Of a DNA stretch of 64,000 nt, positions 37,820 to 48,020 are shown in pieces. The stretch is taken from assembly GCA_913063435.1 (NCBI GenBank), contig CAJXYI010000001.1, positions 4,527-68,526 on the forward strand. Reading direction: 5' to 3'. The position numbers and the translations under genes were made by a program. A model generated the notes under the pieces. The model made no database searches. It saw nothing but the letters and a program-made list of their open reading frames with translations, and was not told the DNA's origin. Within the stretch, counting starts at the first letter, position 1. Each line of letters opens with the position of its first letter. The DNA is from an uncultured Actinomycetales bacterium. GTDB lineage: Bacteria > Actinomycetota > Actinomycetes > S36-B12.

Positions 37820-39205
37820 TCAGGCGTGGGCGTGGAGGGGTTTACCGGCTAGGGCGAGGTGTGCCTCACCCATAGCCTCGTTCTGCGTGGGGTGCGCATG
37901 GATCAGTGCCGCCACGTCTTCGGGGTAGGCCTCCCAGTTCACGATGGCCTGGGCTTCGCCGATCTGCTCACCGATGCGAGCCCCGATCATGTGCACCCCG
38001 ATGACGGGTCCGTCTTTGAGTTGGACCAGTTTGATGAATCCGGTCGTGGCGAGGATCTGACTCTTGCCGTTGCCCCCGAGGTTGTATTCGTACACCTCGA
38101 TGCTGTCGGCCCCATGCTGTTCGCGGGCGGCAGCCTCGGTGAGTCCGACAGAGCCGATCTCCGGCTCGGAATACGTCACGCGCGGAATGGTCACATCGTC
38201 GATGGGTCGTGGATTCGTGCCGGCGATGTGCTCGGCGACGAAGATGCCGTGTGCGAAGCCACGATGCGCCAGTTGCAGTCCCGGTGTGATGTCACCGACC
38301 GCGTACACCCCCGGGACGTTCGTTTGCAGATAGTCGTCGACGAGCACCCAGCCGCGGTCCATGGCGACCCCGGCCTGTTCGTATCCCAACCCCTCGGTGC
38401 GAGGTCCGCGTCCGACGGCGACGAGGAGCAGATCGGCGTCGTGGGTCGATCCATCCTCTAGGGTCACGTGGACGCCGCCGTCGTCCTGGGTTGCCGAGGC
38501 GAAGCGCACACCGGTCGTGAACGAGATGCCCCGCTTGCGGTAGGCGCGTTCGAAGGCCTTCGACAGTGCCTCGTCTTCGGCGGGCACCAGTCGCGGCAGA
38601 CCTTCGACGATGTGCACCTCGGAGCCGAAGGAACGCCAGACGCTGGCGAACTCCACTCCGATCACTCCGCCACCGAGGACGATGACGCGCTCGGGAACGT
38701 AATCGAGGTTCAATGCCTGATCGGAGGTCATCACGCGGCCGCCGATGTCCAGGCCGGGAAGCGAGCGGGCGTAGGAGCCGGTGGCGAGCACGATGTGGCG
38801 ACCGGTGTAGGTCGTGCCGTCGACCTCAACAGTCGTCGGTGATGTCAGTCGGCCATAGCCGGCGACGAATGTGACGTTGCGACTTTTCACCAGGCCTTGC
38901 AGGCCCTTGTACAAACGACCGACGACGCCGTCGCGATAGGAGTTCACCGCCGGCATGTCGATGCCCTCGAGGCTCGCCTTCACACCGAAGTGTGCGCTGT
39001 CTCGAGCGGCATCTGCGACCTCGGCAGCATGCAGGAGGGCCTTGGTGGGGATGCAGCCGCGATGCAGGCAGGTACCGCCGAGTTTGTCCGATTCGATGAG
39101 GATCACCGACAGGCCCAGTTGCGACGCACGCAGGGCGCAGGCGTAACCCCCGCTTCCCCCACCAAGGATGACGATGTCGGCGCTGGTGGTCTCGGCGCTG
39201 GTCAT
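37820..39205 (-). CDS. lpdA: Dihydrolipoamide dehydrogenase
   Basis: [30 protein letters not shown]...[11 protein letters not shown]. Confidence 0.96.
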   Translation of the reverse strand: MTSAETTSADIVILGGGSGGYACALRASQLGLSVILIESDKLGGTCLHRGCIPTKALLHAAEVADAARDSAHFGVKASLEGIDMPAVNSYRDGVVGRLYKGLQGLVKSRNVTFVAGYGRLTSPTTVEVDGTTYTGRHIVLATGSYARSLPGLDIGGRVMTSDQALNLDYVPERVIVLGGGVIGVEFASVWRSFGSEVHIVEGLPRLVPAEDEALSKAFERAYRKRGISFTTGVRFASATQDDGGVHVTLEDGSTHDADLLLVAVGRGPRTEGLGYEQAGVAMDRGWVLVDDYLQTNVPGVYAVGDITPGLQLAHRGFAHGIFVAEHIAGTNPRPIDDVTIPRVTYSEPEIGSVGLTEAAAREQHGADSIEVYEYNLGGNGKSQILATTGFIKLVQLKDGPVIGVHMIGARIGEQIGEAQAIVNWEAYPEDVAALIHAHPTQNEAMGEAHLALAGKPLHAHA

Positions 39206-39295
39206 GGGCTCCTCGTCGATGCCGTGTCGGATGCGTTCTGTCACATCCTTCCACCGGCCTTGTCGCAGGGCACCCCCACCCCGCCGCGAGGTGCG

Positions 39296-40879
39296 TCAGG
39301 GCAGCGTGCCCTCTGCGGCATCGACGGCCAGTTGGATGAACGTCCGCACCGCGGCTCCCGTTCCACCCTTGGGCGTGTAGCCGAACGGCCCGCCTTCGTT
39401 GAAGGCCGGGCCGGCGATGTCCAGATGTGCCCAGCGCACGCCGGAGGGGATGAAGTCGCGGAGGAATGCCGCCGCGGACAGCATGCCGCCCTTGCCGTCG
39501 CCGATGTTCTTGATGTCGGCGATCGCAGAGTCGAGGGTGGCCCGGGATTCCTCGGGAATCGGCAGATGCCACATCGTCTCACCGGAGCGTTGGGAGGCCT
39601 CCCACACTGCGACGCGGACGTCGTCGTCATTGGCCATGATCCCCGATGTGCGGTCTCCGAGTGCGACGACCGCTGCACCGGTGAGAGTGGCTGCGTCGAC
39701 GATGAGGTCGGGTGATTCCTCCGCCGCGCGAACGAGCGCATCGGCCAGGACGAGTCGGCCTTCGGCGTCTGTGTTGAGGACCTCCACGGTTCGACCACCG
39801 TAGATCGTGATGACATCCCCGGGACGCTGAGCATGTCCGCTGGGCATGTTCTCGGCCGTCGGCAACCAGCCGGTCACAGCGATCGGCAATTGCAGTCGGG
39901 CAATGGCGGACACGGCGGCGATAACGGCTGCGGCACCGCTCATGTCGCACTTCATCGTTTCCATGGACTTCGGTGGTTTCAGCGATAGACCGCCGGAATC
40001 GAATGTGATGCCCTTGCCGACGAAAGCAAGGTGTGCGAGCGCATCGTCGGGTTCGTAACGCATCGTCACCAGGCGGGGCGGATTCGCCGAACCCTGCCCC
40101 ACCGCGGTGATGCCGCCGTAGCCCCCGACGATCAGATCCTCCTCGTCGAGAACCTCGACGGTGACGCTGGTTCCGCTCACCGCGTCTTTGGCGGCCTGGG
40201 CGATGCCCTCGGGAGCGAGTGCCGACGGGGGAGTGTTGACGAGGTCGCGAGCCGCATACACCGCTTCGGCGATGACTGCGGCCCGTGTCGCAGCATCCTT
40301 CACCTGGGCGTCGCGGGAATCGGCGAGGAGCGAGATGGTGCGGACCGTCGGGGCGGTGTTTGGTGTCCCGGCACCCCGGAATGCCGTGAACGCGTATGCG
40401 CCGAGCAAGGCTCCAAGTCCCACCGCTTCGACACTGTCAGCATCGGTGTCTTCGAGCACGATGGCGATACGACGAGAACGGATCGCTGCACGGGTCGCCG
40501 CTCCGGTGGCGCGACGTAATTGCTCGGCGCCGGCCTCGGTCGTAGTGTCCGGATTCGCCGTACCCAATCCGACGAGCACGAGTTGCCCGGCCCTGGCGAC
40601 ACCGGTTCCCGGGAGAGTCGTGATCTCGTTTACCTTGCCTGTCGCACCCAGTGCGGCGGCCGCCTGCTCGACCTTGCGACGAGCGGCAGCCGGCAGGTGT
40701 GCGGGTGCGACGACGCCGGAGCGGCGGCCTTTCGCGGGGCGCACCGGAATGACCAGTGCGTCGACGGCTGCGGAGACGGGTTTCGCCGAGGACACGGTCA
40801 GGCTCGGTGCGCTCGTGACGAAGAGCATGGCTGTATCGGGCGTCGTTGCGGCAGTCTTGGCGGGCTTTGTTCGAGGCAT
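39296..40879 (-). CDS. pepA: Leucyl aminopeptidase (M17)
   Basis: GKGITFDSGG.SLK, MKCDMSGAA, NTDAEGRLVLAD, ATLTGA, WAHLDIAG. Confidence 0.95.
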   Translation of the reverse strand: MPRTKPAKTAATTPDTAMLFVTSAPSLTVSSAKPVSAAVDALVIPVRPAKGRRSGVVAPAHLPAAARRKVEQAAAALGATGKVNEITTLPGTGVARAGQLVLVGLGTANPDTTTEAGAEQLRRATGAATRAAIRSRRIAIVLEDTDADSVEAVGLGALLGAYAFTAFRGAGTPNTAPTVRTISLLADSRDAQVKDAATRAAVIAEAVYAARDLVNTPPSALAPEGIAQAAKDAVSGTSVTVEVLDEEDLIVGGYGGITAVGQGSANPPRLVTMRYEPDDALAHLAFVGKGITFDSGGLSLKPPKSMETMKCDMSGAAAVIAAVSAIARLQLPIAVTGWLPTAENMPSGHAQRPGDVITIYGGRTVEVLNTDAEGRLVLADALVRAAEESPDLIVDAATLTGAAVVALGDRTSGIMANDDDVRVAVWEASQRSGETMWHLPIPEESRATLDSAIADIKNIGDGKGGMLSAAAFLRDFIPSGVRWAHLDIAGPAFNEGGPFGYTPKGGTGAAVRTFIQLAVDAAEGTLP

Positions 40880-40910
40880 GGTGACGAAGCCTAGGGGATG
40901 GTGGGCTCGG

Positions 40911-42020
40911 CTATCGCACGTGCGAATCGACGAAGGGTGGTTTCGTCACCACGCACGGCAGTTCGCGTCCGCGCACATCGATGGACACCGTGTCGCCCTC
41001 TGCCACCGATGGGTCCAGCAGGGCGAGGGCGATGCCCTGCCGGAGGGTGGGTGAGAAGGTCCCGCTCGTGGTCTCGCCGACTATCTGCCCATGCGCGTCG
41101 CGCACGGTCATCTGCGCCCGTGGGATTCCCCGTCCGGTTGCGAGCAGTCCGCGCAGGATTCGACTCGGTCCCTGCTCCCGCTCGGCGCGCAATGCTTGCG
41201 CACCCATGAAGTCTGGCTTGTCCCAGCCGATAGCCCAGCCGAGGCGCGCCTGAATCGGCGTGATGTCCGGTGCGAGTTCGTGGCCGTGCAAGGGATAGCC
41301 CATCTCGGTGCGCAACGTGTCGCGCGCTCCTAGTCCTGCGGGTCCGCCGCCGTGGGATTCGGCCGCAGCGAGTAGTGCGTCCCACAGGTCGGTGAGGACT
41401 GTGTTCGGGGCGATGAGCTCGAAACCGAGTTCACCGGTGTATCCGGACCGGCACACCGTGACGGGCGTGCCCCGCCATTCACACATCGTGAACGCCATGT
41501 AGTCCATAGCGGTCGGTAGTTCGAGATCATCGAGGACAGCCCGCGACCTGGGACCCTGCACAGCGATGATGCCGTGCGTGAGTTGTTGGTCGTCGATGGT
41601 TATCCCGTCCGGGGCTGCATGCTGCAGGATCTCGACGACGGTGGATGAGTTCGCAGCATTGGGCACGATGTAGATGCCGTCGTCGTTCCACCGGTAGACG
41701 ATGACATCATCGATCACACCGCCGTCGGCATTGCACAGCAACGAGTATTGCGCTTGTCCGTCGCCGATGCGATCTAGATCGTTCGCGAGCATCGTATTGA
41801 CGAACTCCGCTGCCCCTGACCCGAAAATCGCCACTTTGCCCATGTGGGAGACATCGAATATTCCCACGGATTGCCGCACGGTCGTGTGCTCAGCCACCGT
41901 CCCGGTGTATTCGATCGGCATGTCCCAACCACCGAAATCCGCCACCGTGGCGCCGAGACCTGCATGACGATCGTGCAGGGGAGTTCGGCGGAGTGGGTCG
42001 GCCTGCGATGCGGTGTCCAT
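40911..42020 (-). CDS. gcvT: Glycine cleavage system aminomethyltransferase T
   Basis: RTPLH, FGGWDMP..Y, FDVSHMG, GGVIDD, QGP, SGYTGE.GFE, GLGARDTLRTEMG.PLHGHE. Confidence 0.95.
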   Translation of the reverse strand: MDTASQADPLRRTPLHDRHAGLGATVADFGGWDMPIEYTGTVAEHTTVRQSVGIFDVSHMGKVAIFGSGAAEFVNTMLANDLDRIGDGQAQYSLLCNADGGVIDDVIVYRWNDDGIYIVPNAANSSTVVEILQHAAPDGITIDDQQLTHGIIAVQGPRSRAVLDDLELPTAMDYMAFTMCEWRGTPVTVCRSGYTGELGFELIAPNTVLTDLWDALLAAAESHGGGPAGLGARDTLRTEMGYPLHGHELAPDITPIQARLGWAIGWDKPDFMGAQALRAEREQGPSRILRGLLATGRGIPRAQMTVRDAHGQIVGETTSGTFSPTLRQGIALALLDPSVAEGDTVSIDVRGRELPCVVTKPPFVDSHVR

Positions 42021-42110
42021 GGAAGGGACGGTAGCGCTCGATCGCACGAATAGCCCCGGCAGAGCCGGATTCTGGCCGAAGCGTCAGTCGTTCGCTGATG
42101 TGCTCGTGGG

Positions 42111-43163
42111 TCATTCGCGCAGTGGTGGCGATGTCTCTGAGAGCACCGCAATCGCAGATCGCACGATCGGTACGGCGAGCAGGCCTCCGATGCCCTCCTC
42201 GTGGGGCATCGTGAGGTCGAGAATCGGGCGTAGATCCAGCCGTTCCAGGGCAATGGAATGCGCGGGTTCGCCACTGTCTTGGCCAGCGACCCACCATTGC
42301 GGCGACCGAAAATCGAGGCGGTGGGTGACGAGTGCGGCACTGGCGACGACGAGACCGTCGAGGATCACGGGAGTTCGACGAGCCGCAGCCTGCAGGAGCA
42401 TTCCGGTCAGGGCGGCGATATCGGGGCCGCCGATCCGTGCGAGGAGCCCGATCATGTCACCTCGTGCATCCTTGGCGCGATGCACCGCATCTCGGATCGC
42501 CGCTACTTTGTCCATCCAGCCGACGTCATCGATGCCGGAACCGCGTCCGGTAACCGAAATCGGATCTCTGACTGTCAGTGATGCGATCACACTCGACGCC
42601 GGGGTTGTCGCCCCGACACCGACGTTTCCCGCGACGATGAGATCCGCTCCGGAGTCGATCTCGTCATCGACGATCGTGCGGCCGAGTTCCACCGCTGCCG
42701 CTGCCTCGTCGTAACCCATGGCGTCTTCGACGTCCATCGGCTGGGTGCCCCTGCGGATCCGCGAGCGCGCGATCCGTGGATCGATATCGTCGAGATAGTC
42801 GGATGGGGCATCGACAGCGACGTCGATGAGACGAACGGTGACGTTCACGACCCGCGCGACCGCGCAGATCGCGGCCTCATCGACGCTGATGCGTCGCATC
42901 GTCTCCGCAGTTCGCTCTGGCTTGCTGGCCGATATCCGCCTCGTGCGTGCGATCCCATGATCGCCCCCGACGATGATGGCGACCGGACGGGTGATGGCTC
43001 GGGGCGGGCAGTTTCCCTGCACCGCCGCGATCCAGGTCCCGAGATCCTCCAGCCGGCCGAAACCGCCACCGACACCCGACAGTTGCGACCACCGGGTGCG
43101 CGCCTGTTCCGCATGGGCCGCGTCGATGGGCTCGGCATTGCCACCCGCGGGCACCTCGTCCAT
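42111..43163 (-). CDS. cobT: Nicotinate-nucleotide:dimethylbenzimidazole phosphoribosyltransferase
   Basis: GRLEDLG, GDHGIA, G.VGVGATT, TGRGSGID, GGPDIAALTG, ILDG, S.EPAH, LDL.M..EEG.G. Confidence 0.85.
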   Translation of the reverse strand: MDEVPAGGNAEPIDAAHAEQARTRWSQLSGVGGGFGRLEDLGTWIAAVQGNCPPRAITRPVAIIVGGDHGIARTRRISASKPERTAETMRRISVDEAAICAVARVVNVTVRLIDVAVDAPSDYLDDIDPRIARSRIRRGTQPMDVEDAMGYDEAAAAVELGRTIVDDEIDSGADLIVAGNVGVGATTPASSVIASLTVRDPISVTGRGSGIDDVGWMDKVAAIRDAVHRAKDARGDMIGLLARIGGPDIAALTGMLLQAAARRTPVILDGLVVASAALVTHRLDFRSPQWWVAGQDSGEPAHSIALERLDLRPILDLTMPHEEGIGGLLAVPIVRSAIAVLSETSPPLRE

Positions 43164-43188
43164 GACGCCATTGTCGGGGCTGAACACC

Positions 43189-44094
43189 TCAGGTGGCACG
43201 TGCGGTGCCGGGAAGACCTGGATCCGGAGGCGGTGTCGCGGGGGCCGCGGGTGCCGGATTCATCGCAGGCTCGGGAAAAGCGGGAACGAGTTCAGTGTTG
43301 ACAGCCGCGAAGGCCACCGGCGCCTCGAAGGCTGCCCTGCGGGCGCTGCGACGCAGGGCCGATAGGACGGGATGGCCGAGAAGCACGATCAGGCCCGCGG
43401 TGAGCACGGCACGAGGTAGATCGAACGCCAGCGATGTTGAAGCCGTGAAAGCGAACCAGCGTGCGAGGTTCTCTGTGATCGCCGCACCGGGAGCGAATGC
43501 GATCTGGGTGCCGTCGGCGATGAACGGCCAGAACCACAGGTTCAGCAGGAGTCCGTAGGCGAAGGCCGCGATGAATCCGAAACCGGCCAGCAGCGCGATC
43601 TCTCGACGCCCTCGCACCCGGGGGAGAAGGCCCGCACCCAGACCCATCCACGCAGCGGCCAGCATCTGGAACGGCAACCAGGGACCGACGCCACCGGTGA
43701 GCAGGCCCGAGGCCACCAGGGAGAGCGCACCGAGTGAGAAACCGAATCCGGGACCGAAGACACGAGCACCGAGGATGAGGACGACCCAGATCGGCTCGAT
43801 GCCGGCGATGCCTGCGCCGAGCGGCCGCAGGATCGCGATGACCGCCGCGAGGACTCCGAGGAGGGCGACAGCCTTAGCGTCCATGCCGCCGTCGAGGATC
43901 TGCGCCACGACGACCAGCAGAACGAGGGGGATGATCGCAGCGAACACCCATGGTGCGTCCGTCGAATGGGCGACGGCGGTCGAACCTGGTTCGGCGATGA
44001 AAGGCCAGAAGAACGCGGCCAGCCCGATCACCGTGGCGAGTCCGATCGCGGCCCATGACCGCGGCCCCAGCCGCACCGCCGTTGTCGATGTCAT
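43189..44094 (-). CDS. ECF transporter S component (CbrT-like, cobalamin inferred)
   Basis: Multi-TM; DAKAVALLGVL, GIEP, GPGFGF.LG, GVGPWLPFQM, LNLWFWP, FDL.RA; lies in a riboswitch-led operon. Confidence 0.85.
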   Translation of the reverse strand: MTSTTAVRLGPRSWAAIGLATVIGLAAFFWPFIAEPGSTAVAHSTDAPWVFAAIIPLVLLVVVAQILDGGMDAKAVALLGVLAAVIAILRPLGAGIAGIEPIWVVLILGARVFGPGFGFSLGALSLVASGLLTGGVGPWLPFQMLAAAWMGLGAGLLPRVRGRREIALLAGFGFIAAFAYGLLLNLWFWPFIADGTQIAFAPGAAITENLARWFAFTASTSLAFDLPRAVLTAGLIVLLGHPVLSALRRSARRAAFEAPVAFAAVNTELVPAFPEPAMNPAPAAPATPPPDPGLPGTARAT

Positions 44095-45782
44095 GACGCG
44101 TCCCCGAGAGCGCTCATGACGGCGGAGGGAGTCAGCCAGCGTGCGGGAGCATCCGGGGTCGAGAGGATCTTCGCGGCTTGCGGGGCGAACAACGGTGAAC
44201 TGACGACGACGTCGGCGGTCGGCCCGTCGGCCACGATCTCCCCGTCGGCCAGGATCACGACGCGGGTGGCGAGTTCGGCGACGAGTTCGACGTCGTGAGT
44301 GGCGACCACGATCGCGTGGCCCTCATGTTGGATGCGGCGCAAGATCGTCACGAGGCGTTCCTTGGTGTCGTAGTCGAGGCCACGGGTGGGTTCGTCGAGG
44401 CAGATCACCGGTGGTCGACCACTGAGCACGACGGCGAGGGCGAGGGACAATCGCTGGCCCTCGGAAAGGTCCCGGGGGTGTGTAGCCGGATCGATATCGG
44501 GTGCGAGATCGGACAGGATCGCCGCGGTTGTGCCCTGCGGTACCCGAGCATCATGATCGGCGTCATGGCATTCGTCGGCGACCGTCGAACGAGTCAGCAG
44601 ATCGGTGAACTCCTGGGGCACTAGGCCGATGGTGCGCACGAGTTCGGCTCCCCGGAGGCTGCGCGGATCGGATCCCGCGACGTCGACCTGCCCTCGAGTG
44701 GCCGCGTGCAGTCCGACGAGTGACCCCAGGAACGTCGACTTGCCGGCACCGTTGCGCCCCATCAGAGCGACCACCTCTCCGGCGTGCAACTGCCACGACA
44801 CTCCCTTGATCGCGAAGTGCGAGCCATGCGCAACAAACAGATCTCGGGTGACCGATAGCGCCGATCGGTCGGCGGCCTCGGGTGGCGTCGGGTGAGTGCT
44901 CGATGCGTGTTGTGCGTCGACCGCGTGCAGTTGCGCTCGAAGATCCCCCGCCACTCGCCGAGCATCGCGTACCGACAGCGGTATCGGAGACCAGCCGGCG
45001 ATGCGTCCTAGGCGCACGACCGGCGGTGCGATAGGCGCGGTCTCCATGACCACCGTCGGTTCGCCGACGATGAGAGGACGGCCGCCACCGGGAACGACGA
45101 TGACCCGGTCGGCATATTCCACGACCCGTTCCAGCCGGTGTTCGGCAAGCACGACGGTGATGCCCAGATCGTGCACGAGGCGTTGGACAGCGGCGAGAAC
45201 CTCCTCTGCCGCACCGGGATCGAGGGCCGATGTCGGCTCGTCGAGCACCAGGACGCGGGGGGCGGCGGTCAACACCGAACCGATGGCGACACGTTGGCGT
45301 TGACCGCCGGACAGCATGCCGAGGGGGCGCGATCGCAGATCAGTGAGGCCGAGCAGGTCGAGGGTCTCCTCCACCCGACGACGCATCACCACGGGTGCGA
45401 TCCCGAGGGATTCCATCGTGTATGCGAGTTCTTCCTCGACGGTGTCGGTGACGAAGCCTGACCGTGGATCCTGGGCGACGTATCCGACGACATCAGCGAG
45501 TTCGCGAGGGGGATGGCCTTCGGTATCGCGCCCGTCGACGACAACTCGACCGCGCAGGGTGCCCCCGGTGAAATGCGGAACCAGGCCGTTGATGGTGCGC
45601 AGCAGGGTCGACTTCCCGCTGCCGGTGGGGCCGATGACGAGAGCGAGTTCACCCTCATTGATCGTCAGGTCGATGTCCTCGATCGTGGGTCGAGTCGCAT
45701 CGTGATAGGTGACGGTGACGGATTCCCAGCGGATCATGGGCGTCGGGTTGACGGGTGTCGGGCTCACCGGTGGCAGGCTCAT
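44091..45782 (-). CDS. ECF transporter fused double ATPase (A-A')
   Basis: GPTGSGKST / LSGGQRQR / LDEPTSALD and GRNGAGKST / LSEGQR / LDEPTRGLD; ATG 45782 overlaps the T-component stop. Confidence 0.92.
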   Translation of the reverse strand: MSLPPVSPTPVNPTPMIRWESVTVTYHDATRPTIEDIDLTINEGELALVIGPTGSGKSTLLRTINGLVPHFTGGTLRGRVVVDGRDTEGHPPRELADVVGYVAQDPRSGFVTDTVEEELAYTMESLGIAPVVMRRRVEETLDLLGLTDLRSRPLGMLSGGQRQRVAIGSVLTAAPRVLVLDEPTSALDPGAAEEVLAAVQRLVHDLGITVVLAEHRLERVVEYADRVIVVPGGGRPLIVGEPTVVMETAPIAPPVVRLGRIAGWSPIPLSVRDARRVAGDLRAQLHAVDAQHASSTHPTPPEAADRSALSVTRDLFVAHGSHFAIKGVSWQLHAGEVVALMGRNGAGKSTFLGSLVGLHAATRGQVDVAGSDPRSLRGAELVRTIGLVPQEFTDLLTRSTVADECHDADHDARVPQGTTAAILSDLAPDIDPATHPRDLSEGQRLSLALAVVLSGRPPVICLDEPTRGLDYDTKERLVTILRRIQHEGHAIVVATHDVELVAELATRVVILADGEIVADGPTADVVVSSPLFAPQAAKILSTPDAPARWLTPSAVMSALGDAS

Positions 45783-46969
45783 AGGGACCGCCGATCGGGT
45801 GGCTGCGGAGTTACCCACGCCGGCAGGAGTGCGATGGCAAGGGATGCCACGGCGAGGAGGGGCAATCGGGGCCATTGGGCTGGGTCGACCGGCGTCGTCA
45901 TTCCGGGAACCATCCATATCGCTGCTGCGATGAAGGCTGCCGCTGCTATGAGTCCGCTGGCCGCGGTGATCCACTCGGGTCCGCCCCACGGATCGGGTCG
46001 ATATCGGGATCGTGGTGATCGCGCTCCGGCCATCCGCACGCCGACGATCGCGACTGCGGCTGCTGACGCGAGGAGGATCACACCGACGATCGTGGTTGCC
46101 GATGCGTCGAGCATCGCGTAAACCCCGATGAGTCCGAGGGCGAGTGAACCCAGGAGTGCTGTCGCAGCGACGCGTCGCTGACGCGTTGTGCGGTTCGCGA
46201 TGCGCCCGTAGCCGCGGGAATCCATCGCTGCTGCGAGATGAACGGATCGTTCCAGGGCGCCTTCGAGGACCGGAATCGCCGAGCCTGCGATGCCACGCAG
46301 TCCGCGCACGGGTCGCCCCCGGAGCCTCCGTGCGGCTCGAACGCGCCGCAGGTCGGTGATCAACTGCGGGGCGAAGGTCACCGCGATCACCACGGCGACA
46401 CCAGCCTCGTAGAGGGCACCCGGCACGCTCGCCAGGAGTCGAGCCGGTGACGCCAGTGAGTTGGCTGCTCCGACACAGGCCAGGATCGTGGCCAGTCGCA
46501 GGCCGTCGTAGGCGCCGGCGAGAATCTCCTCACCGGTAACCTCGCCACCGACACGTATCCCGGCGAACACGTCGGGCAGGTCCATGGTCGGCAGCACGAA
46601 GAGCACCGTTGATCCGATCGGGACGCCGAGCAGGATCTGGAACATCACGCGAATGACGATGATGATCGCGCCGAGGACGAGGAATGCCGAGAAGGTCCGC
46701 CCCCAGGGAGCATGGGGTCGGCGTGCTGACACGACGACGGCCGCAACGGCCACGATGAGACCGAGCAGGAGCGGATTGGTCGTGCGCGATGCAGCGACGG
46801 CAAGGCCAAGCGCCCAGACCCACCATGCACCCGGATGTACCCATCGGAGGTTTCGCAGCGGACCTGGGTCAGTCGAAGCCGCAGCACAGGCGCCCGCCTC
46901 GGTCGCGGACACCGCGGTCCCCGAAGTCGCTGCTCCCGTGGTCGCTGTTCTGGCCATTCGATCAGGCAT
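45779..46969 (-). CDS. ECF transporter T component (CbiQ/EcfT)
   Basis: HPGAWW.WA, TTNPLL, GAANSLA.P.RLL, ARRLRG, ALERS..LAAAMDSRGYG. Confidence 0.88.
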   Translation of the reverse strand: MPDRMARTATTGAATSGTAVSATEAGACAAASTDPGPLRNLRWVHPGAWWVWALGLAVAASRTTNPLLLGLIVAVAAVVVSARRPHAPWGRTFSAFLVLGAIIIVIRVMFQILLGVPIGSTVLFVLPTMDLPDVFAGIRVGGEVTGEEILAGAYDGLRLATILACVGAANSLASPARLLASVPGALYEAGVAVVIAVTFAPQLITDLRRVRAARRLRGRPVRGLRGIAGSAIPVLEGALERSVHLAAAMDSRGYGRIANRTTRQRRVAATALLGSLALGLIGVYAMLDASATTIVGVILLASAAAVAIVGVRMAGARSPRSRYRPDPWGGPEWITAASGLIAAAAFIAAAIWMVPGMTTPVDPAQWPRLPLLAVASLAIALLPAWVTPQPPDRRSL

Positions 46970-48014
46970 CCGGTGACATGCTTCCCCGTGCCGTTCGACG
47001 ACGCAGATAGGCCAGGGCAGCCAGCAGCGCTATCGCGATCGCACCGATAACGGCTGCGGTTGGTCCGGGTCCGCCGGTGGTGTCGGTGACAGGGGCGGAG
47101 ACGATGGTGATCTGCGGATCGGGGCCGGTGAGTCGATCATCGGCCACGGGGTTCGAGCGAGCGGCAGGATCGGGCGAAGCGGCCTGGACTTCGGAATCCG
47201 CCGCGGAACCGATCGAAGTCGAATCCCTCTCGCGTCCGATCGACTCTTGGGAGAGGATCGCATCCGGGGATGGCTCATCCGCAGTCGCAGATGATCCGAC
47301 AGGCGACGCCGATGAAGCTTGCCTATCGCTGCTCACGCCTGTAGTCGGAGATGGTGCGGGGCTATTCGGGCGATCCGGTCGATTCGTTGACTGCGGTGTC
47401 GGTGCCGACTGCGACGTGGGTTCAGCCACGGGAGTCGGCTGGCGTGAGGGGGTGGAGTCCCGGGACGGAGCAGGAGACGGGGTGGGCGACGGTGTAGGAG
47501 AGGACACGACGACCGCGCATTCGCGTGCAGGATATCCGGCGAGTCCGCACACCATGCCTGACTGCGTTCGGACGGACGCGGCAGCCCGCAGAATGTCGAA
47601 ACCGGTGGCAGACGGTGGTGCGGTCACGCACATCGCCCACGTCCCACGAGGGGATTCCCCCGGAGGCGCATGCTCAGCGAGTCCGGGATCGATGATGATC
47701 GCAACCCGCTTGGTGTCCGGTGCCGGTTGCGTCCCACCGCAGACCTGGTCGAAATCGGCAGCGATGCGGGGCGCGAGTCCGGCGCCTCCGGTGCCCTGAC
47801 CCACTCCGAAGCGCCACCCTTCGACGCTCCCGTCGGCCGGCCGCAGGGATGCCGGTCCCCAGGACGAATACGTCCAACCGGAATCACCGCCCAGCCAGTA
47901 GCTCCAGTACCGGAAGGAGGCAGCCTCGGCCGCCGGGGCGAACGTCGGCGTGCCACCGACGATGAGCACGCCGGCTAGCGCACCCGCGGTGGCGAGTCGA
48001 GACCATCTCGGCAT
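46962..48014 (-). CDS. SCO2322-like exported protein with C-terminal membrane anchor
   Basis: Signal peptide, FRYWSYW...WTYS..GP...PADGSVEGWRF, four Cys, Pro/Ser linker, TM + RRR. Confidence 0.78.
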   Translation of the reverse strand: MPRWSRLATAGALAGVLIVGGTPTFAPAAEAASFRYWSYWLGGDSGWTYSSWGPASLRPADGSVEGWRFGVGQGTGGAGLAPRIAADFDQVCGGTQPAPDTKRVAIIIDPGLAEHAPPGESPRGTWAMCVTAPPSATGFDILRAAASVRTQSGMVCGLAGYPARECAVVVSSPTPSPTPSPAPSRDSTPSRQPTPVAEPTSQSAPTPQSTNRPDRPNSPAPSPTTGVSSDRQASSASPVGSSATADEPSPDAILSQESIGRERDSTSIGSAADSEVQAASPDPAARSNPVADDRLTGPDPQITIVSAPVTDTTGGPGPTAAVIGAIAIALLAALAYLRRRTARGSMSPDA

Positions 48015-48020
48015 GATCGA

